32,000 bases of DNA from Acaryochloris marina MBIC11017 (lineage in GTDB: Bacteria > Cyanobacteriota > Cyanobacteriia > Thermosynechococcales > Thermosynechococcaceae), in the NCBI RefSeq assembly GCF_000018105.1, contig NC_009925.1:4890001-4922000 (forward strand), in the 5' to 3' direction. A program made the position numbers and the translations under genes. Below, piece after piece: positions 1 through 9,839 of this stretch. The notes under the pieces are model-generated. The model saw only the letters and a program-made list of their open reading frames with translations, was not told the DNA's origin and did not search any database. The first letter of the stretch is position 1. Each line of letters starts with the position of its first letter.

Positions 1-39
1 TCTGGGTAAAGTCAAAATTTAGCAGGTCATGCGTCACCT

Positions 40-582
40 ATGAGCACAAAAGTTTCTGTTTTTATTGCGACCAGCTTAGATGGATTTATCGCCAGAACCA
101 ATGGAGACATCGATTGGCTCAATGAGGCGAATGCAGCAGTCCCGGAGGGGGAAGATTGTGGCTATCAAGCCTTTATGGCCTCGGTGGATGTCTTGGTCAT
201 GGGGCGAAAAACCTATGAACAGGTTCTATCTTTTGGAGCGTGGCCCTATGGTCAAACCCGAGTCATTGTCTTGAGTCGAACTCCTATCCAATTCCCAGAT
301 GCTTTGCCTGCCTGCATTACGCACTCTGCAGACCCCCCACTCATGCTCTATAACCGCCTTGTCCAAGAAGGAGCCCAGCATTTATATATAGATGGTGGGG
401 CTACAATCCAGCGATTTTTGGCGGCGGGTCTGATTGATGAACTCACCATTACCGTGATCCCTATTCTGTTAGGCGAGGGGATACCTCTGTTCGGTTCCTT
501 GGCAAAAGAGATACCGCTGACCCACCTCAGCTCCTATTCCTATGACTTTGGATTTGTCCAACTTAAATATGCTGTTTCTTGA
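40..582 (+). CDS. dihydrofolate reductase family protein (RibD C-terminal-like reductase fold)
   Basis: 180-aa ATG ORF. The N-terminal VFIATSLDGFIA..DIDWL, VLVMGRKTYE and IDGGATIQRFL segments are typical of the RibD_C/DHFR-like family. Confidence 0.75.
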   Translation: MSTKVSVFIATSLDGFIARTNGDIDWLNEANAAVPEGEDCGYQAFMASVDVLVMGRKTYEQVLSFGAWPYGQTRVIVLSRTPIQFPDALPACITHSADPPLMLYNRLVQEGAQHLYIDGGATIQRFLAAGLIDELTITVIPILLGEGIPLFGSLAKEIPLTHLSSYSYDFGFVQLKYAVS

Positions 583-1160
583 AATAGGCTCTCAGCTTTC
601 GCAGATGCATGGACAGCATGGTGGTGCAATCTCAGATCTGTATTGCGGTAAGATCTCTCAGATGATCCCATCCTCATCACTGCCCCTTAACTCAAGGATG
701 ATGAGATCGTAAAGTTATGGCCAGCTGATCTCAGCACAATGCTTCAAGTGTTTGAATTCCTTTGAGAACTGCGTTTAAGAGTGATATAAACGATGCCGAA
801 CAGCTAAAATCTTCAATATCTTCTGGATATACCAAGATCACATCCCGCCGCGGCAAAGATGGAGCATGATCAAGACATCTCAACGGTTCATTAGTTAAGC
901 CAAATCAGTTAAGACATTTGAGGAAGAAGATACCTGTAAACGCTGTCTCGTTATCATCAGTAGTCAGCATCGTCTCCATCCGTTAAGTGCGCTCTCCCAT
1001 CCAACAAAGGAATTTAAGATCAAGAAGCAGATAACTCTAATCTTCAGGCTATCGGGAAACATCAGTTTTGACCGGTAGTCAGAGCCATCTCCCTCACCAA
1101 CTTTAGGGTGATCCAGTCCTAACAATCCCAATATTGACCCATCAAACGCTCCTCACACTT

Positions 1161-2483
1161 ATGGTTATTCTTCGACCCCAGGTTGCCCTGCTATCGACTG
1201 CCCTCTCAATTGCAACCCTCACAATCGCTTCCCCCACCCCTAAGACTTGGGCAGCCCCAAACTCCGACTCGTCCAAGGCCATCATTGACGAAGTTTGGCA
1301 GATTATCAAAAATGATTATTTAGATACATCCTTCAATGGTACAGATTGGCCTGCTATTCGCAGCCAATACTTAAACCGTACTTATACCTCCAAAGAAGAA
1401 GTCTATGATGCAGTTCGAGAAATGCTGGACCAACTTGAGGATCCTTATACTCGCTTTTTGGATCCTCAGCAGCTTAAAAACATGCAAATCAGTACTTCAG
1501 GAGAACTAACAGGTGTTGGGGTACAAATCACCCAGGATGAAAAGACGAAAGACATCACGGTCATTGCTCCGATTGAAGGCAGTCCTGCCGCCCAAGCAGG
1601 GCTCTTAAATCAAGATGTGATCATCCAAGTAGATGACACCAGCACCGAAGGGATGGATATTAATGAAGCGGTCCAGTTAATTCGAGGTCCCGTTAACTCT
1701 ATCGTGACCCTCACCGTTTTACGGGGTCAGGAGCAGTTGAGTTTTAAGATCAAGCGGGCTCGTATTGAAATTCATCCAGTTCGATTTTCCTCTCAAACGA
1801 GTCCCTCTGGCCCAGTGGGCTATATCCGCCTCAACCAATTTAGCAACAAAGCCACTTCTGAGATGCGCGAAGCCATCCAAGACTTGGAAAAACAAAAGGT
1901 CACTGGATTTGTTCTAGACCTGCGCTTAAACCCCGGTGGATTGCTATATTCCAGCACTGAAATTGCCCGAATGTGGATGGGGGAAGGTACAATTGTGGCC
2001 ACTGTGGACCGTGAAGGGGGCGAAGATAAACTCACTTCTGATAAAAACACCCTAACGGATAAGCCGCTTATCATCCTGGTGGATGGAGGGTCTGCCAGTG
2101 CTAGTGAGATTCTGGCTGGGGCCTTGCAAGATCACCAACGCGCCGTTTTGCTCGGCACTCAGACGTTTGGCAAAGGACTGGTGCAATCTGTACAGCCTTT
2201 AGAAGATAATTCGGGGTTATCTATAACTGTTGCCAAATACGTGACTCCCAAGGGGCGAGATATTCATAAAAAAGGTATTGAGCCCGATATCGAAGTAAAA
2301 CTTACCGATAAGCAACGGAGCGACCTGTTCCAAAACCCAAACAAACTAGGCACAACTTCTGATCCCCAATATATGAAAGCTGTAGCCGAACTCAATAAGC
2401 AAGTTGAAAAACATCGTTGGGACAATGTCACCGTTGCCACTCAGTATCTGTGCTCATACCTAACATCCTTGATCGTGAATTAA
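1161..2483 (+). CDS. S41 family carboxyl-terminal processing protease (cyanobacterial Ctp family)
   Basis: Signal-like N-terminus and PDZ segment (GVGVQI..IAPIEGSPAAQAGL). S41 catalytic motifs GGSASASEILAGAL (Ser) and TFGKGLVQS (Lys). The ORF track starts at TTG 1134; I prefer ATG 1161 (MVILRPQVALL...). The CtpA/B/C paralog cannot be assigned. Confidence 0.85.
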   Translation: MVILRPQVALLSTALSIATLTIASPTPKTWAAPNSDSSKAIIDEVWQIIKNDYLDTSFNGTDWPAIRSQYLNRTYTSKEEVYDAVREMLDQLEDPYTRFLDPQQLKNMQISTSGELTGVGVQITQDEKTKDITVIAPIEGSPAAQAGLLNQDVIIQVDDTSTEGMDINEAVQLIRGPVNSIVTLTVLRGQEQLSFKIKRARIEIHPVRFSSQTSPSGPVGYIRLNQFSNKATSEMREAIQDLEKQKVTGFVLDLRLNPGGLLYSSTEIARMWMGEGTIVATVDREGGEDKLTSDKNTLTDKPLIILVDGGSASASEILAGALQDHQRAVLLGTQTFGKGLVQSVQPLEDNSGLSITVAKYVTPKGRDIHKKGIEPDIEVKLTDKQRSDLFQNPNKLGTTSDPQYMKAVAELNKQVEKHRWDNVTVATQYLCSYLTSLIVN

Positions 2484-2709
2484 GAATGTTTCGATCGCAC
2501 CCGCTAAATCAGGCAATGCTACTCTCAGCAAAGGCAAGGCATATGATCAATCCCTACCTATAGGAGAAAAAATTTTGACTATCGGGAGTAACCGATGAAT
2601 TGCTACGTTGGCTATAGGGCTAATATTGAATTACTTCATAGACCTAAAACACAAGATCTCAAGAATTCTGCATAGCAGTCAACGTCATAGTTTTTATTGT
2701 CCCGATAGT

Positions 2710-3864
2710 TTAAATCGCACTATTAGAGACTTTTAAATTAGTCATTTTAGAGGTCAATGAAAGATATATTTCTCTCAATTTTTTATAGGAATGGGTAATA
2801 TCATACTGCTTGCATTTTTCTTTCGCTTCGCTACCCATAGATTGCGCCACTTCTGAATTTTTCAGCAAGAAAATTAGTTTGTTGGCTAACAGCTCACAAT
2901 CCTTAAACGTAATAATAAAACCAGTTTTCTGATCGTCGATTGCAGATCCCATGCCTCCAGCAGTCTTACCCACAACCGGTTTGCTCATATTCATTGCTTC
3001 CACTAAAGCAATTGGTAATCCCTCCCATAGAGAAGGCATCGCCACAACATCAGCGAGGGCCAATAAGGTCGGAACATCTTCGCGATAGCCAGTGAAAATA
3101 ACCTGATCAGCAATACCTTCACTTTGAGCAAAGGACTGGAGCATTTCTAAATCTGGACCAGCCCCGACCAACAAGAAACGGGTATTTGGAAACTCTTTTA
3201 AAATTGAGGTTGCAGCTTTCAGTAGGTAAATTTGACCTTTTTGAGTGTCCAATCGACCTACATTACAAATCACCTTCTCTCCAGGTAGAATACCTAGCTT
3301 TGATCGTTCATGATCGACGACTTCTTGAGCAGGAGCTTTAAACTCTTTTAGCGGTAAGCCATAAAATAATGTTTCTACTTTTTGGGGCTGAACTTTACGC
3401 GCGGTCACCATAAAGTCGCGTACAGGTTCTGAACAAGCTATTGCTGTTGTTGTCAAAGGCGATAATAGGGCATCCACTGCCGTCAGATAAAGTGGCTGTT
3501 TAGGAAAAACTGCATGTTCATGAACAATATTGGGCAAACCTTTTGCGGTTCCAACTAAGCGTCCAAATGTCGTAGAACCATATCCACTTAAGTGTAGAAT
3601 ATCAGGTTTTTCTTGCTCAATTAATTTTGAAAGATCTAGATAAGTCCTAGGATCAAATTTACTTCGGCCCAAGAAGAATACTGGAACCCCTTGACGTTCA
3701 AAAATCTGCGCTGCTTCCTCAGGTGCTCGTAAGCTACAAATGCTGAACCGAATCTCCTGTGAATTGAAGCAAGGAATCCACCGCTCGATAGCCTTAGATA
3801 CACCATGAATCTCTTAGCCAGCAACGCTCAGCTTATCCATGATATGCATTACATGAATAGCCAT
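2710..3864 (-). pseudogene. GT4-type glycosyltransferase (Glycos_transf_1 fold) interrupted by an in-frame TAA at codon 17
   Basis: My translation of the minus strand from ATG 3864 gives MAIHVMHIMDKLSVAG*EIHGVSKAIERWIPCFNSQEIRFSICSLRAPEEAAQIFERQGVPVFFLGRSKF... It is in the same frame as the 320-aa track ORF 2710..3672. The stop codon is at 3814-3816 (+ strand tta). The C-terminal half has GT4 hallmarks (FLLVGAGPD, GYREDV, MPSLWEGLPIALVEAM). Confidence 0.7.
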
Positions 3865-4175
3865 ATATAAAAAATTTTTAATCAATAGTTTACATATTAC
3901 TATAGATCCTTTAATTCAGATTTTTTGTAACTTAAATTACAATCCTGAGTCATTTTTACCTAGCTACTAAATTTACCCATCGAGAAGTCATAACTGAGTA
4001 TTTAGGTTGCAAAAAAATTGACAGAATTAAAAAATCGATAGTTCAAGCAGGTCTATTACTATCTAGTGAAAATCACTTTTTAGGTTCATTAACCCTCAAC
4101 TAACCTTGAAGAAAATTCTAGCTTTTTATCGGAATATGTTGATAAGTAGTCTACAAACAAGTTTGATGACATTGA

Positions 4176-4325
4176 GGAGATGATGATGCGATCGCACAAG
4201 CTAAACCCGGCGATACTATCCTGATTGCGGGCAGTCATGAAAATTACCAAATTCTTGGCACTGAGAAAATCCATTTCAACGACCGCGAAGAGGCCCAAAC
4301 AGCCCCTCCGCGCTATGGATACTAG
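4176..4325 (+). pseudogene. murE: relic of the murE 3' end (UDP-MurNAc-tripeptide synthetase C-terminus), no start codon and no upstream body
   Basis: The + frame after TGA 4173-4175 reads [49 protein letters not shown]. This matches my memory of the conserved MurE C-terminal block (..AGKGHE.YQ......F.D.E.A), with one residue missing in AG-SHE. Upstream DNA is AT-rich and non-coding. Confidence 0.55.
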
Positions 4326-4327
4326 AA

Positions 4328-7300
4328 CTAAGCAGTAATGCCTTCTAGTTCCTCGTCCGTCAGTTCATACAATGCTCGGAGTTGATCCAATATGTCTTGG
4401 TCAGGACTCCAAAATCCACGACCATGGGCCTCTAGCATGCGACCGACGATATTACGGAAGGCTTCTGGATTAGCTTGGCGTAACTTCTCCGCCATTTCAG
4501 GATCTAGGGCATAGGTCTCTGCGGCTTGGTCATAGACCCACCCTTCTTGGAAATCAGCAGTGCCACCCCAGCCAATCAGGGCCGTCATCCGCTGAGAAAT
4601 CTCATAGGCCCCGCCAGAGCCTTGATCAGCCATTGCATCTGCCCATTTGGGATTGAGCAGCTTAGTCCGATATTCCATCCGCAGTAGTGAATCTAAATCA
4701 CGGGGGGTGGTGTCCTTGGAGAAACTCTCGACAAAATTGGCTTTGACCTTGCTGCCCCGCTGCTGCTCCGCCGCTAACTTCAGACCACCGGTGTTGGCGT
4801 AATATTCCTGAATATCAGTCAAACCATATTCCACTGAGTCAATCTCTTGGACAATCTGCTCGGTACTTTTCAGTAAGGTTTGCAGGACCTCAGGGCGGGC
4901 TTGGCCTTTGTCATTGCGGCCATAGCTAAAGGCATTCCGATCGCTCCAGGTTTGCCCCAACTCATCTGAAGATTCCCAGTTGGAGTCCGTCACACGGTCA
5001 TTGACCAAAGAGCCGAAATCCCCAGCAGGGTTAGAAAAGAGACGAGCAGAGACATTCTCCACTCCCTGCTCTTTCAAGGCCAGGGCATGTTTACGAATAA
5101 AGTTCTGAGCCGGGGGCTCATCGGCTTCTGCTGCCCGTAAAAATAGATCGTCCAACAGCTCAATGATATTGACAAAGCTATCTCGGAATATGCCGGACAG
5201 GTTCGCCAAGACATCTACACGGGGATGATCGAGCTGCTCTAAAGGCGTCAGACCATAGCGAACAATCCGACCCGTGCCTTCTTTAATCGGTTCTGCCCCT
5301 ACGAGTTCTAGAAGAATACCGATAGATTCCCCGCGAGTTTTAATGGCATCTAAGCCCCAAAGCATTACGGCGACAGTTTCTGGATAGGTGCCTTTGTCTT
5401 CCAGGTTCTGGGCCAAAATCTTACGAGCAATCTCCCGACCCCGCTCATAGGCAGCAGGAGAAGGCATCCGATAGGGGTCAAGGGCGTGGATATTGCGGCC
5501 TGTGGGTAAAACGCCGGGACCATCCCGGAGCAAGTCTCCACCGGGTGCAGGCGGCACATACTCACCGTTTAAGCCCCGCAGTAGGTTAGTGAGTTCATCC
5601 CCTGTTTGGGCCAGCAGGCTGCGGATTTGCAAGGCCTCTTCCAGCTTAGGCGTACTGCCATTGAGTTCAAATCGCTGGCGAATCTGATCGGATTCTTCGC
5701 CCGTAGCAACGGCTGCGATCGCATCTTCTGGTAACTCTTCTCCAAAATAAGCCTGAAGGTAACTTCCCAGTTTCTCAGCATCAGGAGATTCGCCCAATAC
5801 ATGCAGACCGGAAGAGAATAACCGCGTTTCTAAAACTTGCAGATACTCATATAGCTCCACTAGATAGTGGTTGAAGGCCTCAGCACTAAACATGCGAGCA
5901 TTTTCAGGGGTAAATTCAATGCCCAACTGCTTGGCTTCTTGGAACGGACAATCTGCATCAATCCCCGCATCAATAATTTTCTTGCAGATAGCCTCCCGCA
6001 GCACCGCATTTTTTTCCGGGTCTTCACGGTATTCCTGAATCAGATCGCGTAAGGCAGCTAGCTCTTTATATAGCTCAGCTCGACCATAGGGGGGGACGTT
6101 ATGGGAGATCAAAACGCCATAGCCTCGACGTTTCGCTAAAATCGACTCCGAGGGATTATTGGCCGCATAGATATAGAGATTTGGAATATTCCCCAGCAAT
6201 ACATCCGGCCAGGAATAGCCGGTATTGCCGAGAGGACTACCGGGCAGCCATTCCACGGTACCGTGCATGCCAAAATGGATCACCCCATCAGCCTGGAATC
6301 CATTTTGCAGCCATTTATAGAAGGCCGCGTATTGGGGATGGGGCGTTAGATCCCGCTCAAACATTAGGCGCATCGGATCACCCGACAAGCCTAGGGGTGG
6401 CTGCACCCCGATCCAGACATTCCCCATCTGAATGCCGCCGACGCTAAATTCCTCGCCATTGGTTTTAATTCCTGTTCCCGTTAGGGAGTCCCACTGCTTT
6501 TCTATCCGATGGGTCAGCAAATATCCCAGCCACCTTTCCAGCTGGCGGACATTGACGGAGGTGGTTCCAGCATGACCATTCATCTGGGCTGGATCAACTA
6601 AGCCATTATCTGCTTCCCGCACCCAGTTGACGATTTCCTCGCCATCCTCTGGTAAATCTCCCACGTTATAGCCTTGGGATTTTAGGGATCTGAGCAGACT
6701 TAAGAGAGATTTCGGTACATTCAGTAGCGCTGCAGTTCCAGTCGCCCCGTATCCCGGCGGAAATCCATAGAGGAGAATGGCTAACTTCCTTTCTGCCATT
6801 GGTTTCTGGCGGAGGGCAATCCATTGCTTCAACCGTCCGGTGAGGCGATCGACCCGTTCGGGCACAATGTAAATGTCATTACCAACCAGCCCGCCTAGGG
6901 GAATCGTATCAATTGCGCCATCGAGTTCCGGCAGGGCATAGAGCACCACGCTTTGCAGGCCACCTATTCCTTGGCGAGTCCAGGAATAAATATCCTGAAT
7001 CAGCAGAGGGGCGGCAACGAGGTAAGGCACATTCTTAGCGCTGAGAATCTGCTTGGCCACGGCCACTTGCCGTCCCGCTTCCATGGATCCTGCGGGTCCG
7101 CCGACGAGGGGAAAACCAATTGTCGAGACAATCGCATCCACCTCAGCCGCTTTTTCAGACAAGGACAGAATTTCTTTGGTGCCCTGCTGGCGTTGACCCT
7201 GTTCGTGGCGGGTGGTCATTAAATCGCGCACGGCCACATGGCCTTCCACCCCGTTAATAAAAATGGGTAAAGGAATCAGCCCTGCTTCCTCAAACTTACG

Positions 7301-8113
7301 AATCATTTGGGGAATATAGGGCTGCTTGGTGATGACATGCTTGCGATACAGCAGAATCCCCACAACTGGAGGCTGGGCAAAGTGGATATGTTGGGTTGTG
7401 GAGGTTGCTCCCGCTTTCCAAAGGAAGGGCAGCCGATTAATTTTGTACCAGTCCAGATAGTCCTGAGGAGATTCAAAATACCCTTCATAATCTGGATGGA
7501 GTAGACCAATATTGGGGGTCTCAATGGGGGGTGGAATTTCCGCGTTGAGGGGTAAGTTGAGGTATTTCTCTGCCAGGGTCCAACACATGGCGGCCACATT
7601 CTCAGGCCCCCCAGCATTCCAGTAGCCGTAAATAATCAGCCAGTTACGCAGATCCTGGACCTTTTTGCCGGGGACATACTTGAGCAGTTTAGGACCGACC
7701 TTCAGAAAGCTGATATACCCGGCGAGTTTGTCTTCTTCTTTACCGCTACCAAATTTATCCAGGATGTATTTGACGGGCTTGGGCATCCCTTTGGGCTTCT
7801 CGCCAATTACAAACTTGCCGAGCTGGGTGAGGCTCATCAGTTCCAACGCCGATTCAAATACCAAGCGGATGGGAATATCCTGCACCCGCTCCCGTAGCCA
7901 CAGCACTTGGTCGTAGTCGAAGACTAAGCTGCTAAAGAAGACATCCGCTCCTTGCAAGGCGGCGGTGACGGCTTCTGGGTCAGCGTTAATATCGCGATCG
8001 CTAAAGATCCGCACCTCCAAACCTGGACAGCGCGCCTGGGCTAGCTCGGCAGCTCTGATATATAAATCGATGTTAAAGGATTCAAATCCCGCAATCAGAA
8101 CAATCCGTGCCAT
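4328..8113 (-). CDS. chlH: magnesium chelatase subunit H (ChlH/BchH type, CobN superfamily)
   Basis: 1261-aa ORF. It has blocks KLLKYVPGKKVQDLRNWL, HFGMHGTVEWLPG, NLYIYAANNPSESILAKRRGYG and LLNPKW. AANNPSE is the ChlH/BchH signature rather than the CobN one, from memory. Confidence 0.75.
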   Translation of the reverse strand: MARIVLIAGFESFNIDLYIRAAELAQARCPGLEVRIFSDRDINADPEAVTAALQGADVFFSSLVFDYDQVLWLRERVQDIPIRLVFESALELMSLTQLGKFVIGEKPKGMPKPVKYILDKFGSGKEEDKLAGYISFLKVGPKLLKYVPGKKVQDLRNWLIIYGYWNAGGPENVAAMCWTLAEKYLNLPLNAEIPPPIETPNIGLLHPDYEGYFESPQDYLDWYKINRLPFLWKAGATSTTQHIHFAQPPVVGILLYRKHVITKQPYIPQMIRKFEEAGLIPLPIFINGVEGHVAVRDLMTTRHEQGQRQQGTKEILSLSEKAAEVDAIVSTIGFPLVGGPAGSMEAGRQVAVAKQILSAKNVPYLVAAPLLIQDIYSWTRQGIGGLQSVVLYALPELDGAIDTIPLGGLVGNDIYIVPERVDRLTGRLKQWIALRQKPMAERKLAILLYGFPPGYGATGTAALLNVPKSLLSLLRSLKSQGYNVGDLPEDGEEIVNWVREADNGLVDPAQMNGHAGTTSVNVRQLERWLGYLLTHRIEKQWDSLTGTGIKTNGEEFSVGGIQMGNVWIGVQPPLGLSGDPMRLMFERDLTPHPQYAAFYKWLQNGFQADGVIHFGMHGTVEWLPGSPLGNTGYSWPDVLLGNIPNLYIYAANNPSESILAKRRGYGVLISHNVPPYGRAELYKELAALRDLIQEYREDPEKNAVLREAICKKIIDAGIDADCPFQEAKQLGIEFTPENARMFSAEAFNHYLVELYEYLQVLETRLFSSGLHVLGESPDAEKLGSYLQAYFGEELPEDAIAAVATGEESDQIRQRFELNGSTPKLEEALQIRSLLAQTGDELTNLLRGLNGEYVPPAPGGDLLRDGPGVLPTGRNIHALDPYRMPSPAAYERGREIARKILAQNLEDKGTYPETVAVMLWGLDAIKTRGESIGILLELVGAEPIKEGTGRIVRYGLTPLEQLDHPRVDVLANLSGIFRDSFVNIIELLDDLFLRAAEADEPPAQNFIRKHALALKEQGVENVSARLFSNPAGDFGSLVNDRVTDSNWESSDELGQTWSDRNAFSYGRNDKGQARPEVLQTLLKSTEQIVQEIDSVEYGLTDIQEYYANTGGLKLAAEQQRGSKVKANFVESFSKDTTPRDLDSLLRMEYRTKLLNPKWADAMADQGSGGAYEISQRMTALIGWGGTADFQEGWVYDQAAETYALDPEMAEKLRQANPEAFRNIVGRMLEAHGRGFWSPDQDILDQLRALYELTDEELEGITA

Positions 8114-8269
8114 TGGTGCAGCCTAAAATCGGTTAAGGTCTCTTCCTAAATCTTAATGATCTTTCAGACGTTTTAGCAGCGGAGTTTTTGATAGTGCTAG
8201 GGAATAGCACCTTAGCCACTGATTAGAGAGTGGGCATTTTTCGGAAGATTGAAGACTTCAACCCATGAT

Positions 8270-8734
8270 TTAGAGAAGTAAACCAGCCGGGCCGAGCAGT
8301 ATGGCAATGGCAACTCCCAGAATTGAACCAACAATCACTTGCACTGGGGTATGGCCTAAGAGTTCTTTGAGGCGGTCTTCATTGAATTCGGGATGCTCTT
8401 GAAACATTTCATCCACAATCTGATTGAGGACTTTGGCTTGCTTGCCCGCGGCCTGCCGGACACCGGCGGCATCGTACATAACGATGATGGCAAAGACGGT
8501 TGCGATCGCAAACTCAGTACTGTCCCACCCCTGAACTTGCCCCACACAGGTAGCTAAGGTTGTCACCGAGGCAGAATGGGAGCTAGGCATGCCTCCCGTT
8601 TCCACCAACACTCGGAAATTGATTTTGCCATTTTGAATCAGATCAATAATGATCTTGAGACCTTGAGCAATTAAACTCGCCGCAAGGGAAACCAGCAAGA
8701 CCTGGTTGTTGAGAATATTGCCAAAATCCTGCAT
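8270..8734 (-). CDS. divergent PAP2 family membrane protein (DUF212; acid phosphatase/vanadium haloperoxidase-related)
   Basis: 154 aa with several hydrophobic helices and motifs GGMPSSHSA and YDAAGVR..AG. Confidence 0.8.
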   Translation of the reverse strand: MQDFGNILNNQVLLVSLAASLIAQGLKIIIDLIQNGKINFRVLVETGGMPSSHSASVTTLATCVGQVQGWDSTEFAIATVFAIIVMYDAAGVRQAAGKQAKVLNQIVDEMFQEHPEFNEDRLKELLGHTPVQVIVGSILGVAIAILLGPAGLLL

Positions 8735-8775
8735 ATCTATTGTCGAAACTTAAACCAGGAGAGCATTGACAGCAT

Positions 8776-9726
8776 CTAAGATTGACGAGACGTAATAAAA
8801 TCAGCGAGGGCCTGTAACGGGGCTGACTGCTCTCCGTAAACCGCTAACTCTGCTTTCGCTTCTTCGATTAAATGCTGGGCTTGTCGTTTAGACTCTGGAA
8901 TGCCCCACAGACTGGGATAAGTCGCTTTTTGAGCCGCCACATCTTTACCCGCAGTTTTGCCTAGCTTTTCGCTAGTGGCCGTCACATCCAATACATCATC
9001 AATAATTTGGAAGGCCAGACCGATATTACGCGCAAATTTAGAGCACCGATTCAAGAGGTCTTGACTCGCCCCTGCCAGCTCAGCTCCCGATAAAACCGAT
9101 GCTTCTAGCAATGCCCCGGTTTTATGGGCATGGATAAAATTCAAAGTCGAGAGGGTGACATCTTCTGCGCCTTCCGACTCTAGATCGACGACCTGACCGC
9201 CCACTAGACCTGTCGCAGCCACCGCATGCCCCAGGCGAGCAACAACTTTCAGAACCTGTTCGGGCGGAACCTGCTGCGTCTCAATTGCCACATGCTCATA
9301 GGCATAGGCTAATAATCCATCCCCGGCCAGAATAGCAATGTCTTCCCCATATTTTTTGTGGTTGGTGGGCTTGCCTCGGCGGAAGTCATCGTTGTCCATG
9401 GCGGGCAAATCGTCATGAATCAGGGACATAGTATGGATCATTTCTAGGGCACAGGCCGTAGGCATTGCCATCTCAATGGTGCCGCCAGCCAGTTCACAAG
9501 CCGCCAAGCACAAAATCGGACGAAGGCGCTTCCCTCCTGCCAGTAAGGAGTAGCGCATGGCCTCATAAATTTTTTCCGGGTAAACCACGGGAATAGAGGC
9601 ATCTAAGGCGGCCTCCACAAGTTCTCGCCGCTGAGAGAGATAGTCTACAAGGTTAAAGTTGGAGGGGGTTGGAGCAGACAAATCTTGAGTCGATGAGGTT
9701 TTCTGAGGGTTTTCAGCGGATATCAT
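8776..9726 (-). CDS. crtE: geranylgeranyl diphosphate synthase (polyprenyl synthetase family)
   Basis: First Asp-rich motif [19 protein letters not shown] and second Asp-rich motif FQIIDDVLD. Size is 316 aa. Confidence 0.85.
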   Translation of the reverse strand: MISAENPQKTSSTQDLSAPTPSNFNLVDYLSQRRELVEAALDASIPVVYPEKIYEAMRYSLLAGGKRLRPILCLAACELAGGTIEMAMPTACALEMIHTMSLIHDDLPAMDNDDFRRGKPTNHKKYGEDIAILAGDGLLAYAYEHVAIETQQVPPEQVLKVVARLGHAVAATGLVGGQVVDLESEGAEDVTLSTLNFIHAHKTGALLEASVLSGAELAGASQDLLNRCSKFARNIGLAFQIIDDVLDVTATSEKLGKTAGKDVAAQKATYPSLWGIPESKRQAQHLIEEAKAELAVYGEQSAPLQALADFITSRQS

Positions 9727-9839
9727 CCTGTTGATCCTTCGTGATCTTTGACGATGAAATGGTCACCCTAAGTCGGGCAAAAAAAGCCCTCCAGCTGTTG
9801 AAAGCAGTGATTCAGTGCGATCTCAACCATGAGGCTAGT

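Noticed and set aside
2578-2709. 10-bp inverted repeat ACTATCGGGA / TCCCGATAGT bounding a 132-bp segment between ctp and the GT4 gene (MITE-like?)
   Set aside because: The arms are short, there is no convincing target-site duplication, and I found no second copy in the window. Only ACTATCGG recurs once, at 17742. It could be chance or a weak bidirectional terminator.
3636-3824. 62-aa minus-strand ORF overlapping the 5' part of the GT4 gene
   Set aside because: It is out of frame with the GT4 reading frame. That frame itself reads as a good GT4 N-terminus (GVSKAIERWIP..) once the single TAA is accounted for.
4089-4298. 69-aa minus-strand ORF from the track
   Set aside because: It is antisense to a + frame with a clear MurE C-terminal signature. 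It has no motif and an odd composition, so it is most likely spurious.
4328-8113. Alternative call of cobaltochelatase CobN for the 1261-aa product; also the many 60-100-aa ORFs nested in this gene on both strands
   Set aside because: The AANNPSE and HFG.HG..E..PG blocks and the N-terminal region match my recollection of ChlH/BchH rather than CobN, though only a phylogeny can settle it. The nested ORFs are shadow frames of a long, well-supported gene.
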